DNA from: Planctomycetota bacterium
GTDB lineage: Bacteria; Planctomycetota; UBA1135; UBA2386
DNA: 64,000 nucleotides
Assembly (NCBI GenBank): GCA_965223545.1
Contig: OZ245006.1
Span: 4,032,001 to 4,096,000, forward strand
Reading direction: 5' to 3'
Shown here: positions 1-9,623 of the stretch, piece by piece
Numbering within the stretch: position 1 is the stretch's first letter
Layout: the number at the start of each line of letters is the position of its first letter
The notes under the pieces: generated by a model
The model's database searches: none
The model's input: only the letters and a program-made list of their open reading frames with translations
Told to the model about the DNA's origin: nothing
Translations under genes and position numbers: made by a program

Positions 1-387
1 GGCCGCCAAGGGATCGTGCGGGTAGAACAGCTCGAGGTCCTTGGGTCGCGAGCCGATCATCAGCACCACGCACGGCCCGTCGCCGGCGCCGATGAACACG
101 TGCGAGGTGCCGGCGGGACAGTGGACGAAGTCCCATGCTCCGAGCCGCTTCTCCTCGCCGTTGACGAGCAGCAGGCACTCCCCCGACAGCACCAAGAAGT
201 TCTCCTGGGCGCTCTCGCGGTGGTAGCGGCAGTTGGGCTTGCCCGGCTCGAGGATCGCGATGTTGATGCCGATCTCGGGGAACCGCTGCTCCCGCTCGAA
301 CAAGACCCTGCGGCCGAAGTCCGCGCTCTCCACCCACCGCGCGTCCTGCACGTTGACCGTGAACCAACCCTCGCGTTGTTCGATCAT
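1..387 (-). CDS. Cupin domain protein (3' end beyond window edge)
   Basis: Not in the ORF track; translated by hand from ATG at 387: MIEQREGWFTVNVQDARW...LEPGKPNCRYHRESAQENFLVLSGECLLLVNGEEKRLGAWDFVHCPAGTSHVF, containing both cupin motifs; open to position 1. Confidence 0.85.
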   Translation of the reverse strand, partial: MIEQREGWFTVNVQDARWVESADFGRRVLFEREQRFPEIGINIAILEPGKPNCRYHRESAQENFLVLSGECLLLVNGEEKRLGAWDFVHCPAGTSHVFIGAGDGPCVVLMIGSRPKDLELFYPHDPLAA

Positions 388-441
388 GTGGCGAGTGTAT
401 CGCGCGCGGGCTAGGGGCTACGCTGCGGGGCCAGAGACGCG

Positions 442-1389
442 ATGACCGGTGCTGTTGAGGGCGACGACGCGGTGGACGCCGACGCGCGAGCGGCAGGCTG
501 TTGCGCGGTGGTGGTCAACTATCGAACGCCCGACCTTGCCACGACTTGCGTCGACTCTCTCCGGGCTGATGGGGACCTGCGCGTGGTGCTGGTCGACAAC
601 GGATCGGCCGACGGCAGCGCCGAGCAGCTGCGCGCCGCGGCGGCGTCGCGACCGTGGCTGACCGTGTTGGAGGAGCCGACCAACGAGGGCTTCGGCGCCG
701 GCTGCAACCGCGGCATCGAGCACGCGCTGCGGCAAGACCCGGACCTGGATCTGTTGCTGTTGGTCAACTCGGATGCCGTGCTGCAACCGGGCAGCATCGC
801 CGCGCTGCGCGCCTCCGCAGCCGCGCACCCCGAGGCGGGAATCATCGGCGGCCGCGTACTGTCGGCCGACGGCGCGCGCGTGCTGTTCGAGAACGGAGTG
901 CTGCGGCCGTACACGCTGGCGCGGTCGCACGCCAAGGCGCCTGCAGGGGAGCGCGACTTCGAGACCGAGTTCGTCACCGGCGCGCTGATGTGCATCGACG
1001 CCCAGCTGCTGCGCGACGGCCTCCGCTTCGACGAACGCTACTTCCTGTACGTCGAAGACCTCGACCTGTGCCGCGAAGTGCGCCGCCGCGGCCGTTCGCT
1101 GCGCGTCACCCTGGACGCCGCCGTGCGCCACGAGGACGGTGGCAGCCAGCAGGACCAAGTCGCGGACGCCGCGGGAATGCGTCCCGACCAGCTGTTCTAC
1201 ATCACCCGCAACAAAGTGCGCTTCGCGCGGCGCTGGCTGCGCTGGCCGCAGCGCCTGGTGTTCTATGCAGTCGCCGGCGTGGCAAAGCCGCTGGTTGGCG
1301 TGCTGCGCTTTCGCAGCCTGGCGTTCCTGCGCCATTACTACGCGGGCCTCGCCGCCGGCCTTTGCGGTGGCGACGGAGCGCGCCGATGA
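442..1389 (+). CDS. Glycosyltransferase family 2
   Basis: VVVNY, VDNGSADGS, NEGFGAGCNRG, LVNSD, FDERYFLYVEDLDLC motifs. Confidence 0.92.
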   Translation: MTGAVEGDDAVDADARAAGCCAVVVNYRTPDLATTCVDSLRADGDLRVVLVDNGSADGSAEQLRAAAASRPWLTVLEEPTNEGFGAGCNRGIEHALRQDPDLDLLLLVNSDAVLQPGSIAALRASAAAHPEAGIIGGRVLSADGARVLFENGVLRPYTLARSHAKAPAGERDFETEFVTGALMCIDAQLLRDGLRFDERYFLYVEDLDLCREVRRRGRSLRVTLDAAVRHEDGGSQQDQVADAAGMRPDQLFYITRNKVRFARRWLRWPQRLVFYAVAGVAKPLVGVLRFRSLAFLRHYYAGLAAGLCGGDGARR

Positions 1390-2510
1390 CCGACGCGCCC
1401 GCAGTGCTGTTCGTCTCGCACTCGGCGCAGCTCTACGGCGCCGAGCGCTCGCTGCTGGCGCTCGCCGCCGCGTTGCGCGACCGCGGCGCGTTCCGCCCGT
1501 TCGTGCTCGTGCCGCGCCGCGGTCCCCTGCTCGACGCCTTGGCCGCGCGCGACGTGCCGGCAAAGCTGGTCCACTACCACCACTGGATCGGCCGCCGCCA
1601 CCGCGCGCTGCGCGCCCCGACCTCGATGGCGCTCAACCTCGCCGCGGCCGCGAAGCTGCGGCCCGAAACCGTCGGCAAGCCCGATCTGATCTACACCAAC
1701 ACGGTGGCGACCCCGTTCGGCGCGCTGCTGGCGCGGCGCTGGGCTGTGCCGCACGTGTGGCATTTGCGCGAGCTGGTGGCGCAGGACACGTTCGACTTCG
1801 GCGAGCGTCGCAGCGCAAAGCTGATCGCGCGCGCCGCGCGCGTCCTGTGCAACTCGCGCGCGGTGCGCGACCGATTCGCGCGCTCGATCGATCCAAAGCG
1901 CATGACGGTGGTCTACAACGGCTTCGAGTTCGAGGAACCGCGCGCGGCGAGCGCACCGGCGGATGGGCAAGTCCGCTTGGTCATCGCCGGCGCCCTGCAC
2001 GAGGGCAAGGGCCACGCCGACGCGCTGGCTGCGCTGGCGCAGCTGGCAGCGGCTGGCGTCGACGCACGGCTCGATGTGCTGGGCGATGGGCCGGAGGCCG
2101 AGCGAGTGCGGTTGCGCGCCCTCGCGCGCGATCTCGGCGTCGCTGACGCGGTGTGTTGGCACGGCTTCGTCGACGACCCCGCAGCACACCTGGCGCGCGC
2201 AACCGCGGTCTTGGCGTGCTCGCCCAACGAGGCGTTCGGCCGAGTGGCGGTGGAGGCCATGGCGGCGGGGGCGCCCGTCGTCGCGGCGGCGGCCGCCGGG
2301 TTGTGCGAGGTGGTGGAGGACGGGGTGACGGGGTTGCTCTATCCGCCGGGTGATGCGGACGCGTTGGCGAGCGCAGTGCGAAAGCTCATTGACGACGTCG
2401 CCCTGCGCGATCGGCTCGCGGCTGCGGGGAGCGCATCGGTGCGGGCGCGGTTCTCGCTCGAAGCGCACGTGGGCGCGATCGAGGACATCCTGTCCTCGAC
2501 CTTGGCATGA
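1386..2510 (+). CDS. Glycosyltransferase family 4 (GT-B)
   Basis: ATGA overlap with GT2 stop; SHSAQLYGAERS, WHLRE, KGH, EAFGRVAVEAMAAGAPVV, EDGVTGLL. Confidence 0.92.
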   Translation: MTDAPAVLFVSHSAQLYGAERSLLALAAALRDRGAFRPFVLVPRRGPLLDALAARDVPAKLVHYHHWIGRRHRALRAPTSMALNLAAAAKLRPETVGKPDLIYTNTVATPFGALLARRWAVPHVWHLRELVAQDTFDFGERRSAKLIARAARVLCNSRAVRDRFARSIDPKRMTVVYNGFEFEEPRAASAPADGQVRLVIAGALHEGKGHADALAALAQLAAAGVDARLDVLGDGPEAERVRLRALARDLGVADAVCWHGFVDDPAAHLARATAVLACSPNEAFGRVAVEAMAAGAPVVAAAAAGLCEVVEDGVTGLLYPPGDADALASAVRKLIDDVALRDRLAAAGSASVRARFSLEAHVGAIEDILSSTLA

Positions 2511-2662
2511 CGCATTGCGAGAAAGAGACCGAGGCACCAGAACCGCGTCGGATACTCCGAATGATCGACGAGATGGAGAAGCCAAAGCAGGAGCTCCGCA
2601 GCTACGTTGGAGGGGTGCCTGTGGTCCTCGCGGAGTTCGATTTGCAGGGCACGAACCTCTAA
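2507..2662 (+). CDS. Possible 51-aa small ORF
   Basis: ATG overlaps GT4 stop (ATGA); MTHCEKETEAPEPRRILRMIDEMEKPKQELRSYVGGVPVVLAEFDLQGTNL; no recognised family. Confidence 0.25.
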   Translation: MTHCEKETEAPEPRRILRMIDEMEKPKQELRSYVGGVPVVLAEFDLQGTNL

Positions 2663-2754
2663 GAGCGTGCTCGGCAAGCGGCGCGAGTTCAGCGATCGCA
2701 GACCGATCGAGTGCGGACCGCCGGAGCTGGAGCTGCGCCGCGAGCCTGGTCCTC

Positions 2755-4959
2755 TCAGCTCCCGACGTGCGCGCGCACGGCGTTGGACAAGGCGAGAGTG
2801 GATGCGAAGGCGCCGTTCGGATCGAACACCGCGTCCTGCAGGTAGAGGTCGAGGCACAACAGCGCCGGGTCGTTGGGCACGCTGAACACGTAGCTCTGTT
2901 CGCCTGCGCCGTCGGTGAACCGCAGCACGCTGGCGATCGGGGTCGCCAGGTAGAGGTCGCAGCCACCGCCCAGTGCCGTGGTCGCCTGGCTGGCGGAGAA
3001 GGACACCAGCACCGGCGCGAACGGCAGCGCGTTGGTGAGCTGCACGCCGAACGCCGGGTTGCCCAAGCTCGGCACGCCGATCCCGGTCAGCACCGGCACC
3101 AGGCCGCCGGTGCCCGGGCAGCCGGTGCCGAAGTCCTGCGTCAGCGCCGTGGCGGCACCGAGCGTCACGCTGAGGTCGTCGGAGCCCTGGTTGGCGATCA
3201 CCACGTCGTCGGCGCAGTCGCCGTTGAGGTCGCCGATCGCGACGGCCACCGGGTTGCTGCCGACCGTCAGGGCCGCGGTGCTCTGGAAGACCGAGCCGGT
3301 CGCGTCGTAGCCGTAGTGCGCCTCCGCGTCGCCCGAGCCGGCGTGCACCACGACGACGTCGCGCCGCGTCAAGAAGCCCGGCATCGAGTCGCCGTCGAGC
3401 TCGCCGCACGCCACGTCCACCGCGAAGGTGCCGCCGGTGGCGACGTCGCCGCCGGCGGTGTAGTCGCTCGGATCGAGAGCGCCGCCGCCGGTGTAGGTGT
3501 AGACGCGCAGGTCGGTGCCGGGCGTCGGGAACAGCACCGGCAGGACGACGGCGAGGTCGATGCTGCCGTCGCCGTCGAGGTCGCCGCAGCAGATGCCGGT
3601 GGCGAGGCCCGAGGTGGGCAGCGCGATGGCGCCGGCGAAGGTGAGACCGCCGAGGCCGTCGCCGTCGAACAGCAGCACTTGGTCGGTGGTGCCCTGCGCG
3701 ACGGCGGCGAGGTCGTTGTCGCCGTCGCCGTCGAGGTCGCAGAGCCCGAGCTTGACCACCTGGGTGGCGTTGCCGGCCGGGATGGTCAGATCGCTGAACG
3801 CGCCGCCGTTGAGCGATACGGCGATGCCGTCGCCACCGCTGAGGGGCTCGCCCTCGCGCGCCACGACGACGTCGTCGCGGCTGTCGGCGGCGTCGAGGTC
3901 GCCGACCGCGACGTCCGTCGGGTGCAGACCCCCCGAAGCGAGGCTCGCCGCGACCGGCGTTCCCCCCACGTCGGTGATCGTGCCGACGGTGTGCGAGTCG
4001 GCACAGGCCACCACCACGTCGTCGGCGAAGCCGTCGTCGTCGAGGTCACCGGCGGCGATCGCGACCGGAGTCTGGTCGGCGGCGTCGAGGGCGACCGAGC
4101 TCTCGGTCAGCGCGCCGGCACCGTCGTTGCTCCACAGCGACACGTCGTGCGAGCTGCTGTTCGCCGTCGTGGCGTCGAGGTCGCCGTCGCCGTCCGCGTC
4201 CAGCAGCGCGACATCACGCGGCGCCGTCGGCCCCATCGATGCCGACGGCGTGAAGCTGTTGTTGGTGATGCCGTCCGCGGAGTCCACCGTCATGCCGACG
4301 AGTGGGCCACCGACCGCGTCGGTAAACACGTTGGTCGCCCGCAACGCCGAGGTGTGGTCGATCTGTTGGGCACCCTGGTTTCCATGCGCCTCCGAGATGA
4401 CGATCGTGCGCACACGCAGCGGCACGTTGGTCTCGACCGCGAAAGAAGGTGTCGTGAACGTGCCCGCCGTGTTCGCGAAGAAGAACTGGGCAGGGTTGAT
4501 GGACGACAGCAGCGTCCCGTCGCTCTTGCGGTACACCTGCACGCGGAACCGCACGGTGCCGCCAAGCGACGTCGTGACGTCGTAGTCGAAGTTGAGGGTG
4601 ACGTTGGCCGACGTGCTCGCTCCTCCCGTGCCAAAGACCACGTCGTCGAACTCCCACCAGGCGTTGGAGTGCGTGACCTTGTTGGTCGCCAAGTTGTGTG
4701 AGGCGTAGGCCCTGGCGTTCAGGACCACGCCACTGTTTGCGAAACCGCCGTATGCGACGCCGGGCGACGGGTTGTAATTGGCGGGGGCCACGCCCACGGG
4801 CGGGGTCGTGCTCTGTGCGGTGACCGGCGTGCCGCCCACGGGATTGCTCGGCTCGTACGTCACTTCGACGCCGAACAGGCTCTGCGCGGGCAAGGACGCG
4901 GCGCCGATGCAGCACGACGACGCGAAGACGAGAAGGGAGAACGAGAGGATCTGAGGCAT
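2755..4959 (-). CDS. Secreted FG-GAP/VCBS repeat protein
   Basis: Signal peptide MPQILSFSLLVFASSCCIGAASLPAQ; repeated DADGDGDLD/GDLDGDG/GDLNGD loops; C-terminal beta-rich domain GTGCPGTGG...SNAVRAHVGS. Confidence 0.88.
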   Translation of the reverse strand: MPQILSFSLLVFASSCCIGAASLPAQSLFGVEVTYEPSNPVGGTPVTAQSTTPPVGVAPANYNPSPGVAYGGFANSGVVLNARAYASHNLATNKVTHSNAWWEFDDVVFGTGGASTSANVTLNFDYDVTTSLGGTVRFRVQVYRKSDGTLLSSINPAQFFFANTAGTFTTPSFAVETNVPLRVRTIVISEAHGNQGAQQIDHTSALRATNVFTDAVGGPLVGMTVDSADGITNNSFTPSASMGPTAPRDVALLDADGDGDLDATTANSSSHDVSLWSNDGAGALTESSVALDAADQTPVAIAAGDLDDDGFADDVVVACADSHTVGTITDVGGTPVAASLASGGLHPTDVAVGDLDAADSRDDVVVAREGEPLSGGDGIAVSLNGGAFSDLTIPAGNATQVVKLGLCDLDGDGDNDLAAVAQGTTDQVLLFDGDGLGGLTFAGAIALPTSGLATGICCGDLDGDGSIDLAVVLPVLFPTPGTDLRVYTYTGGGALDPSDYTAGGDVATGGTFAVDVACGELDGDSMPGFLTRRDVVVVHAGSGDAEAHYGYDATGSVFQSTAALTVGSNPVAVAIGDLNGDCADDVVIANQGSDDLSVTLGAATALTQDFGTGCPGTGGLVPVLTGIGVPSLGNPAFGVQLTNALPFAPVLVSFSASQATTALGGGCDLYLATPIASVLRFTDGAGEQSYVFSVPNDPALLCLDLYLQDAVFDPNGAFASTLALSNAVRAHVGS

Positions 4960-5104
4960 GTTCTGCGCTTGGCCGTAACCTGGACTGGCCGCAAACACGG
5001 CCGTGAGACGGGGCTGTTCGCCCCCGGAGTCCCGAACCCGGAGCGCCGGCGCAGGCCGCCAGCATTTCTCTCGCATCGCCGCGTAGAATCAGCGCCGCGA
5101 CGCC

Positions 5105-5671
5105 GTGGCACGACCCCTGACGCAGCTCCTGAACCGCATGGGTGCCGGCGACGCGTCGGCCCGCGAGGCGCTGTTCGATCGCGTGTACGAAGAGCTGCGT
5201 CGGCTGGCGCAGGGCCACGTCGGGCGCGCCGGTGCGGGCCACTCGCTACTGCAGCCCACGGCGCTCGTACACGAGGCCTACCTCCGTCTGATCAAGGTCG
5301 AGGATCCCTCGTTCGAGAGTCGCCGGGCGTTCTTCGCGCTCGCGTCCCGATGCATGCGCAGCGTCCTGGTCAACCACGCGCGCGCGCGGCACGCGCAAAA
5401 GCGTGGCGGACCGGGCGCCGATCTGGCGATCGACACGCAGACCCCCGTACCCGACGTCGCCGACCACGCCATCGACCTGCTCGACCTCAGCCTCGCGCTC
5501 GAGGAGCTCGAGCAGATCGACCCCGTGCTGGCGCAGGCCATCGAGCTGCGGCACTTGGCCGGGCAGTCGGTGCAGGAGGTCGCCGAAATCATGTCCAGCT
5601 CCCAGCGCTCCACCGAACGAAGGCTCCGGGTGGCGCATTCCTGGCTGCGGGATCGCTTCGATGTCGCTTGA
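5105..5671 (+). CDS. ECF sigma factor, TIGR02999/ECF43-like (kinase-activated type)
   Basis: GDASAREALFDRVYEELRRLA, LQPTALVHEAYLRL, FFALASRCMRSVLVNHAR...KRGG signature. Confidence 0.93.
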   Translation: MARPLTQLLNRMGAGDASAREALFDRVYEELRRLAQGHVGRAGAGHSLLQPTALVHEAYLRLIKVEDPSFESRRAFFALASRCMRSVLVNHARARHAQKRGGPGADLAIDTQTPVPDVADHAIDLLDLSLALEELEQIDPVLAQAIELRHLAGQSVQEVAEIMSSSQRSTERRLRVAHSWLRDRFDVA

Positions 5672-8600
5672 GCCAGAACACGAGCGCCGCGCCCTGCGCG
5701 TGCTGGGTGAGGTGCTCGACGTGCCGCCGTCCGAGCTCCCAACGCGGCTCGCCGAGCTCTGCGGTGGGGATGCGCGGCTGCGCCGCCGCGTCGAGGACCT
5801 GCTGGGCCACGCCGCTGCTGGCGCGCCGCCGCTCGCCGACGGTGGCGAATGGCTCGGCGACCTCCTGCCCGACGAGCCGCCGCGGATCTCCGGCAAGATC
5901 GGCAGCTACGAGATCCTGGAGCCGCTCGGGCAGGGCGGGATGAGCGAGGTGTACCGCGCGCGCCAGGCCGAACCCGCGCGGGACGTGGCGATCAAGATCC
6001 TGCGGCACGGCTTGCTCGATGCCAACGCCCGGCGTCGGTTCCAGAACGAGGCGCACCTCCTCGCCCATCTGCGCCACCCCAACATCGCGGAGGTTTTCGA
6101 CGCCGGTGTCCACACCGAGTGCACGTCGACGGGGGTGCGCGAGCTTCCCTACCTGGTGCTCGAGTGCGTCGGCGGTGCGCGCACGATCGTGGACTACGCC
6201 GAGCAAGAAAGCCTGTCGCTCCGGGCGCGGTTGCGATTGCTGGCGGACGTCGCGCGGGCGGTGCACCACGGTCACCAGAACGGCGTGATCCACCGCGATC
6301 TCAAGCCGGCCAACGTCCTGGTCGGTCGGGACGGCAGGGCCAAGGTGATCGACTTCGGTGTGGCGCGCGTGGTGCAAGGCGACCTGACACCGCAGACCGT
6401 GATGACCCTTGCCGGCCAGGTCGTCGGCACGCTCGGCTACATCCCGCCCGAGCTGCTGGCCGGTGAGGTGGAAGTCGCGGACGTCCGCGCCGACGTCTAC
6501 GCGCTCGGCGCCATGGCCTACCAGCTGGTGCTCGGCACGCTGCCGTTCGCAGTCGACGGCCTCTCGATCGCAGAGGCGGCGCGCCGGGTGACGACGACCG
6601 TGCCGATCCGTCCGCGCGCCCGGCGCCCGTCGCTCGACCCCGACCTGGAGGGTGTGCTCTGGCAGGCCGTCGCGCGGGATCCGGCGGATCGCTACGCGAC
6701 CGCCGATGCGTTCGCCGAGGACCTCGAGCGCTGGCTGCGCCACGAGGCGGTGGCCGCGCGGCGGCCCGGCCTGCTGCGGCGGTTGCGGCTGTTCGTGCGG
6801 CGGGACCCGAGCCTCGCGGGCGCCATGGCAGCGATCGCGGCCCTCCTCCTTCTCGGCGCTTTGACCATCGCCGTTCTGCAGGCGCTGGCGCGCGCGGACT
6901 CCGAGGCCAAGGCGCGCGAGGTGACGGCGGCAAAGGAGCTTGCCGAGTTCCGCCTGTCGGTGGCGAGCGTCGCGACTGCGCAGGTGGCGTTGCAACGCGG
7001 TGACCTGGCGCTCGCCCAGCACCACCTCACCGCGGTCCCGACTGCGCATCGCCAGCTCGAGTGGCATATCCTGCACCACGCCGCGAACCAGCATGTCCGG
7101 GAGTTCGCGCTCGACACGGAGCGCGAGGATCGCCTGGTCCGCGACTTCCGCGCCTTCGTGGCGATTCACCCCGACGGCGAGCATCTGTACACGGCCGCCG
7201 GGACACGCCTGCGACGCATCGAGATCGACACCGGTCGAGTCGTGGCACGGCATCGCTCCGACGCCGCGTTTCGGCTGCCGATCGCGATCGCGGGCGATGG
7301 CGGGCGGCTCGTCGCGGACAGCTTCCCCGCCACCAACCTCTGGAGTGCGCACCCGATCACGCCGCTGCCGCGGTTCACGTCGTTGAAACCGAAGTGCATC
7401 GCGATCTCGCCCGACAGCACACGCGTCGTGCAGGCGACGTACCGCGGTTGGCTGCACTCGGGCAGCGCGGATGGCAGTCACGTGCGGGACGTCTTCGTGC
7501 CCGCTGGTGTCGACGCGCTGGTTTGGCCAGGGCGCGCGAACGCCTGCTACATGCTCAGCGGCGAGTCGCTGCTGCGCTTCGATCCGAGCAGTCTCGCGCT
7601 CGCCGAGGTGTGCTCGCTGGGCGCGCCAGCGCGGCCGCTGCTCGCCGCTTCCGCGGATGGCAGCACGCTGGCCACCGTGGTGCGCGGCGTGATCCAAGGC
7701 ATCGACACGGCGTCCGGCGCCGGCACGTTCTCGTTGCCCGTGGTGGACTCTGTCCGGGCGTTGGCCTTGTGCCCCGACGCGCGGTTGCTCGCGGCCGGGT
7801 TCGAGAACGGCGGCATCCTGATCCAGGGTCTGCCGCCCGACGAGGGCCCGCGCATCATCGCGGGCCACTCGCGACCGGTCACCGACCTGGTCTTCCACCC
7901 GGCGGGCGGCCTGCTGGTCTCCGCGGGTGCCGATGACGTCGCCCGGGTGTGGGATCCGTACCGGCCGCCGCCGGCCACCGCAGTCGACCGCCACCTTGGT
8001 TTCCTCGAGCGCGGGCCAGGGCACTGCGTCCACGGCGAGGCCGCGGGCCGGATCGTCTCTCGTGGCGAAGACGCGGTCGTGCGGGTCTTCGCTGCCGACG
8101 ACCTGTCGCCGTTGTCGGCGGTGCTGGACGCGGGTGACGTCGGTCCCCTGCTGGCGTTCGAACCAGGCACCGGCCTGCTGCTGACGGCCGGACCGGGCCT
8201 CGAGGTCCAGGCACGCGAGACGCTGGACTTGTCCGTCGTGCGTACCGTCGCCGCGCCATTCCGCCCGCAGCAACTGGTCTTCGCGCCGGGCGGACGGACC
8301 TGTGTGATCGCGCGCGGCGCGCGGCTACAACGGCTGGACTGGCGCGAGACGCGGGCCGGCTGGAGCATCCGGCCGCGTCCCGACCATCGGGTGCGGGCGA
8401 TCCGCTGGTCTGCGGATGGCACCAGGATCGCGATCTCCTGCGGAACGGAGGTGCTTCTCGTCGACGCGCACGACGGCAGCGTGATGCACCTTGCGGAGCA
8501 CCCATCGGTCGTGCGCGCGCTGTGCTTCCTCCGCGGCGGCGAATTGCTGGCGGCTGCCGGGGACGACGGGCTGGTGAGGGTGTGGCAGACCGCGCGCTCC

Positions 8601-9413
8601 GAGCTGGCGTACGAGCTGCGCGGCCACAGCAGCGTCGTGCTTTCGCTGGACGTGGCTCCGGACGGAGACCGGCTGGTCAGCGCTGCGCACGACGGCGCCA
8701 TCAAGCTCTGGGATACGGCACGCATGCTCGAGGTCTACTCCTTCCCATCCCGGTCCGGGTGGGTCGAAGCGTGGTTCGGCGCTGGCGGTCGGTGTGTCTT
8801 GGGGCGGACCAAGTCAGGCGCGCTGCTGCGCCACGGCACTGGCGACGAGCGGTCGGACTCCCGCCGGCAACGGTGGCGGGCCTCGTCCGAGGTGGTGCGG
8901 GCCGCCGAGGAGCTGCTCGCCGAATGCGGTGGCGACGTCCGCGGCGCGCTCGACAAGCTCGGCGATGCCGGAGAATCCGACGCGCGGTTGACCATGCACC
9001 TGCGCCTGCTGCGCGGCGAGGAGCGCCACGTATTGCGAGACGCCTGGGACGTCGCGCTCGATCCCGAAGTCACTGCGGCCCGGGCACGCGCGGTGGTGCT
9101 CAGAATGACCGGCCTCGGCCGGGAGGTTGCCGGCCGGGCGGAGATCTGGCTGCTGCGCGCGTTCGCCAACTACCGGAACGGCTCGGACGGTCGCGTCGCT
9201 GCGGCGCTCAGCACTCTACAGGCACGGAACGTGTCGACCGACGTGCCCCGGCTCGAGCAGGCGCGGCTCGCGGTCTTGGCGTTGGCGGCGAACAAGGCCG
9301 GCCACACCGAGATGGCGCAGAGCGCCTTCTTGGAGCTCGAGCGCCACGTCCGTACGCACGACCTCGCGGTGCCGCGATCCTTGGTCGACGAGGTTCGTGC
9401 GGCAATGAAGTAG
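5661..9413 (+). CDS. Ser/Thr protein kinase with TM helix and WD40 repeats
   Basis: GQGGMSEVY, VAIK, HRDLKPANVL, DFG, GTLGYIPPE; TM AMAAIAALLLLGALTIAVL; WD40 repeats GHSRPVTDLVFHP...VWD and GHSSVVLSLDVAPDG...IKLWD; start overlaps the sigma 3' end. Confidence 0.93.
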   Translation: MSLEPEHERRALRVLGEVLDVPPSELPTRLAELCGGDARLRRRVEDLLGHAAAGAPPLADGGEWLGDLLPDEPPRISGKIGSYEILEPLGQGGMSEVYRARQAEPARDVAIKILRHGLLDANARRRFQNEAHLLAHLRHPNIAEVFDAGVHTECTSTGVRELPYLVLECVGGARTIVDYAEQESLSLRARLRLLADVARAVHHGHQNGVIHRDLKPANVLVGRDGRAKVIDFGVARVVQGDLTPQTVMTLAGQVVGTLGYIPPELLAGEVEVADVRADVYALGAMAYQLVLGTLPFAVDGLSIAEAARRVTTTVPIRPRARRPSLDPDLEGVLWQAVARDPADRYATADAFAEDLERWLRHEAVAARRPGLLRRLRLFVRRDPSLAGAMAAIAALLLLGALTIAVLQALARADSEAKAREVTAAKELAEFRLSVASVATAQVALQRGDLALAQHHLTAVPTAHRQLEWHILHHAANQHVREFALDTEREDRLVRDFRAFVAIHPDGEHLYTAAGTRLRRIEIDTGRVVARHRSDAAFRLPIAIAGDGGRLVADSFPATNLWSAHPITPLPRFTSLKPKCIAISPDSTRVVQATYRGWLHSGSADGSHVRDVFVPAGVDALVWPGRANACYMLSGESLLRFDPSSLALAEVCSLGAPARPLLAASADGSTLATVVRGVIQGIDTASGAGTFSLPVVDSVRALALCPDARLLAAGFENGGILIQGLPPDEGPRIIAGHSRPVTDLVFHPAGGLLVSAGADDVARVWDPYRPPPATAVDRHLGFLERGPGHCVHGEAAGRIVSRGEDAVVRVFAADDLSPLSAVLDAGDVGPLLAFEPGTGLLLTAGPGLEVQARETLDLSVVRTVAAPFRPQQLVFAPGGRTCVIARGARLQRLDWRETRAGWSIRPRPDHRVRAIRWSADGTRIAISCGTEVLLVDAHDGSVMHLAEHPSVVRALCFLRGGELLAAAGDDGLVRVWQTARSELAYELRGHSSVVLSLDVAPDGDRLVSAAHDGAIKLWDTARMLEVYSFPSRSGWVEAWFGAGGRCVLGRTKSGALLRHGTGDERSDSRRQRWRASSEVVRAAEELLAECGGDVRGALDKLGDAGESDARLTMHLRLLRGEERHVLRDAWDVALDPEVTAARARAVVLRMTGLGREVAGRAEIWLLRAFANYRNGSDGRVAAALSTLQARNVSTDVPRLEQARLAVLALAANKAGHTEMAQSAFLELERHVRTHDLAVPRSLVDEVRAAMK

Positions 9414-9512
9414 GACGGCACGAAATCACGGCGCCGCCGGCCTTGGCGAAGTCGGAACCGCGGCAGCCTCGGGTTGCTCGGGTCGGCGTCCGAGTGCGAT
9501 CATGCCGCCGCG

Positions 9513-9623
9513 ATGTACAAGACGCTCAAGCCGTCCGAGATCGTGCGGACGACGGCGCAGCTTCACCAGCGCATCTTGGAGCACTCCACCCCGAACCTCG
9601 ACATCGGAGCGTCCCGTGCCTAG
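9513..9623 (+). pseudogene. Short 36-aa ORF, possible N-terminal gene remnant
   Basis: MYKTLKPSEIVRTTAQLHQRILEHSTPNLDIGASRA; host-like codons in the first ~24 codons; ends overlapping the sheath start. Confidence 0.35.

Noticed and set aside
2501..2521. Near-copy (CTTGGCATGACGCATTGCGAG) of the sigma54-like element at 16280-16299
   Set aside because: An extra base gives GG-N11-GC spacing, which sigma54 does not tolerate; it overlaps the GT4 stop; a single gapped match could be chance
5010..5065. tRNA-like GGGTTCG on the minus strand
   Set aside because: No cloverleaf, proper T-loop or acceptor stem
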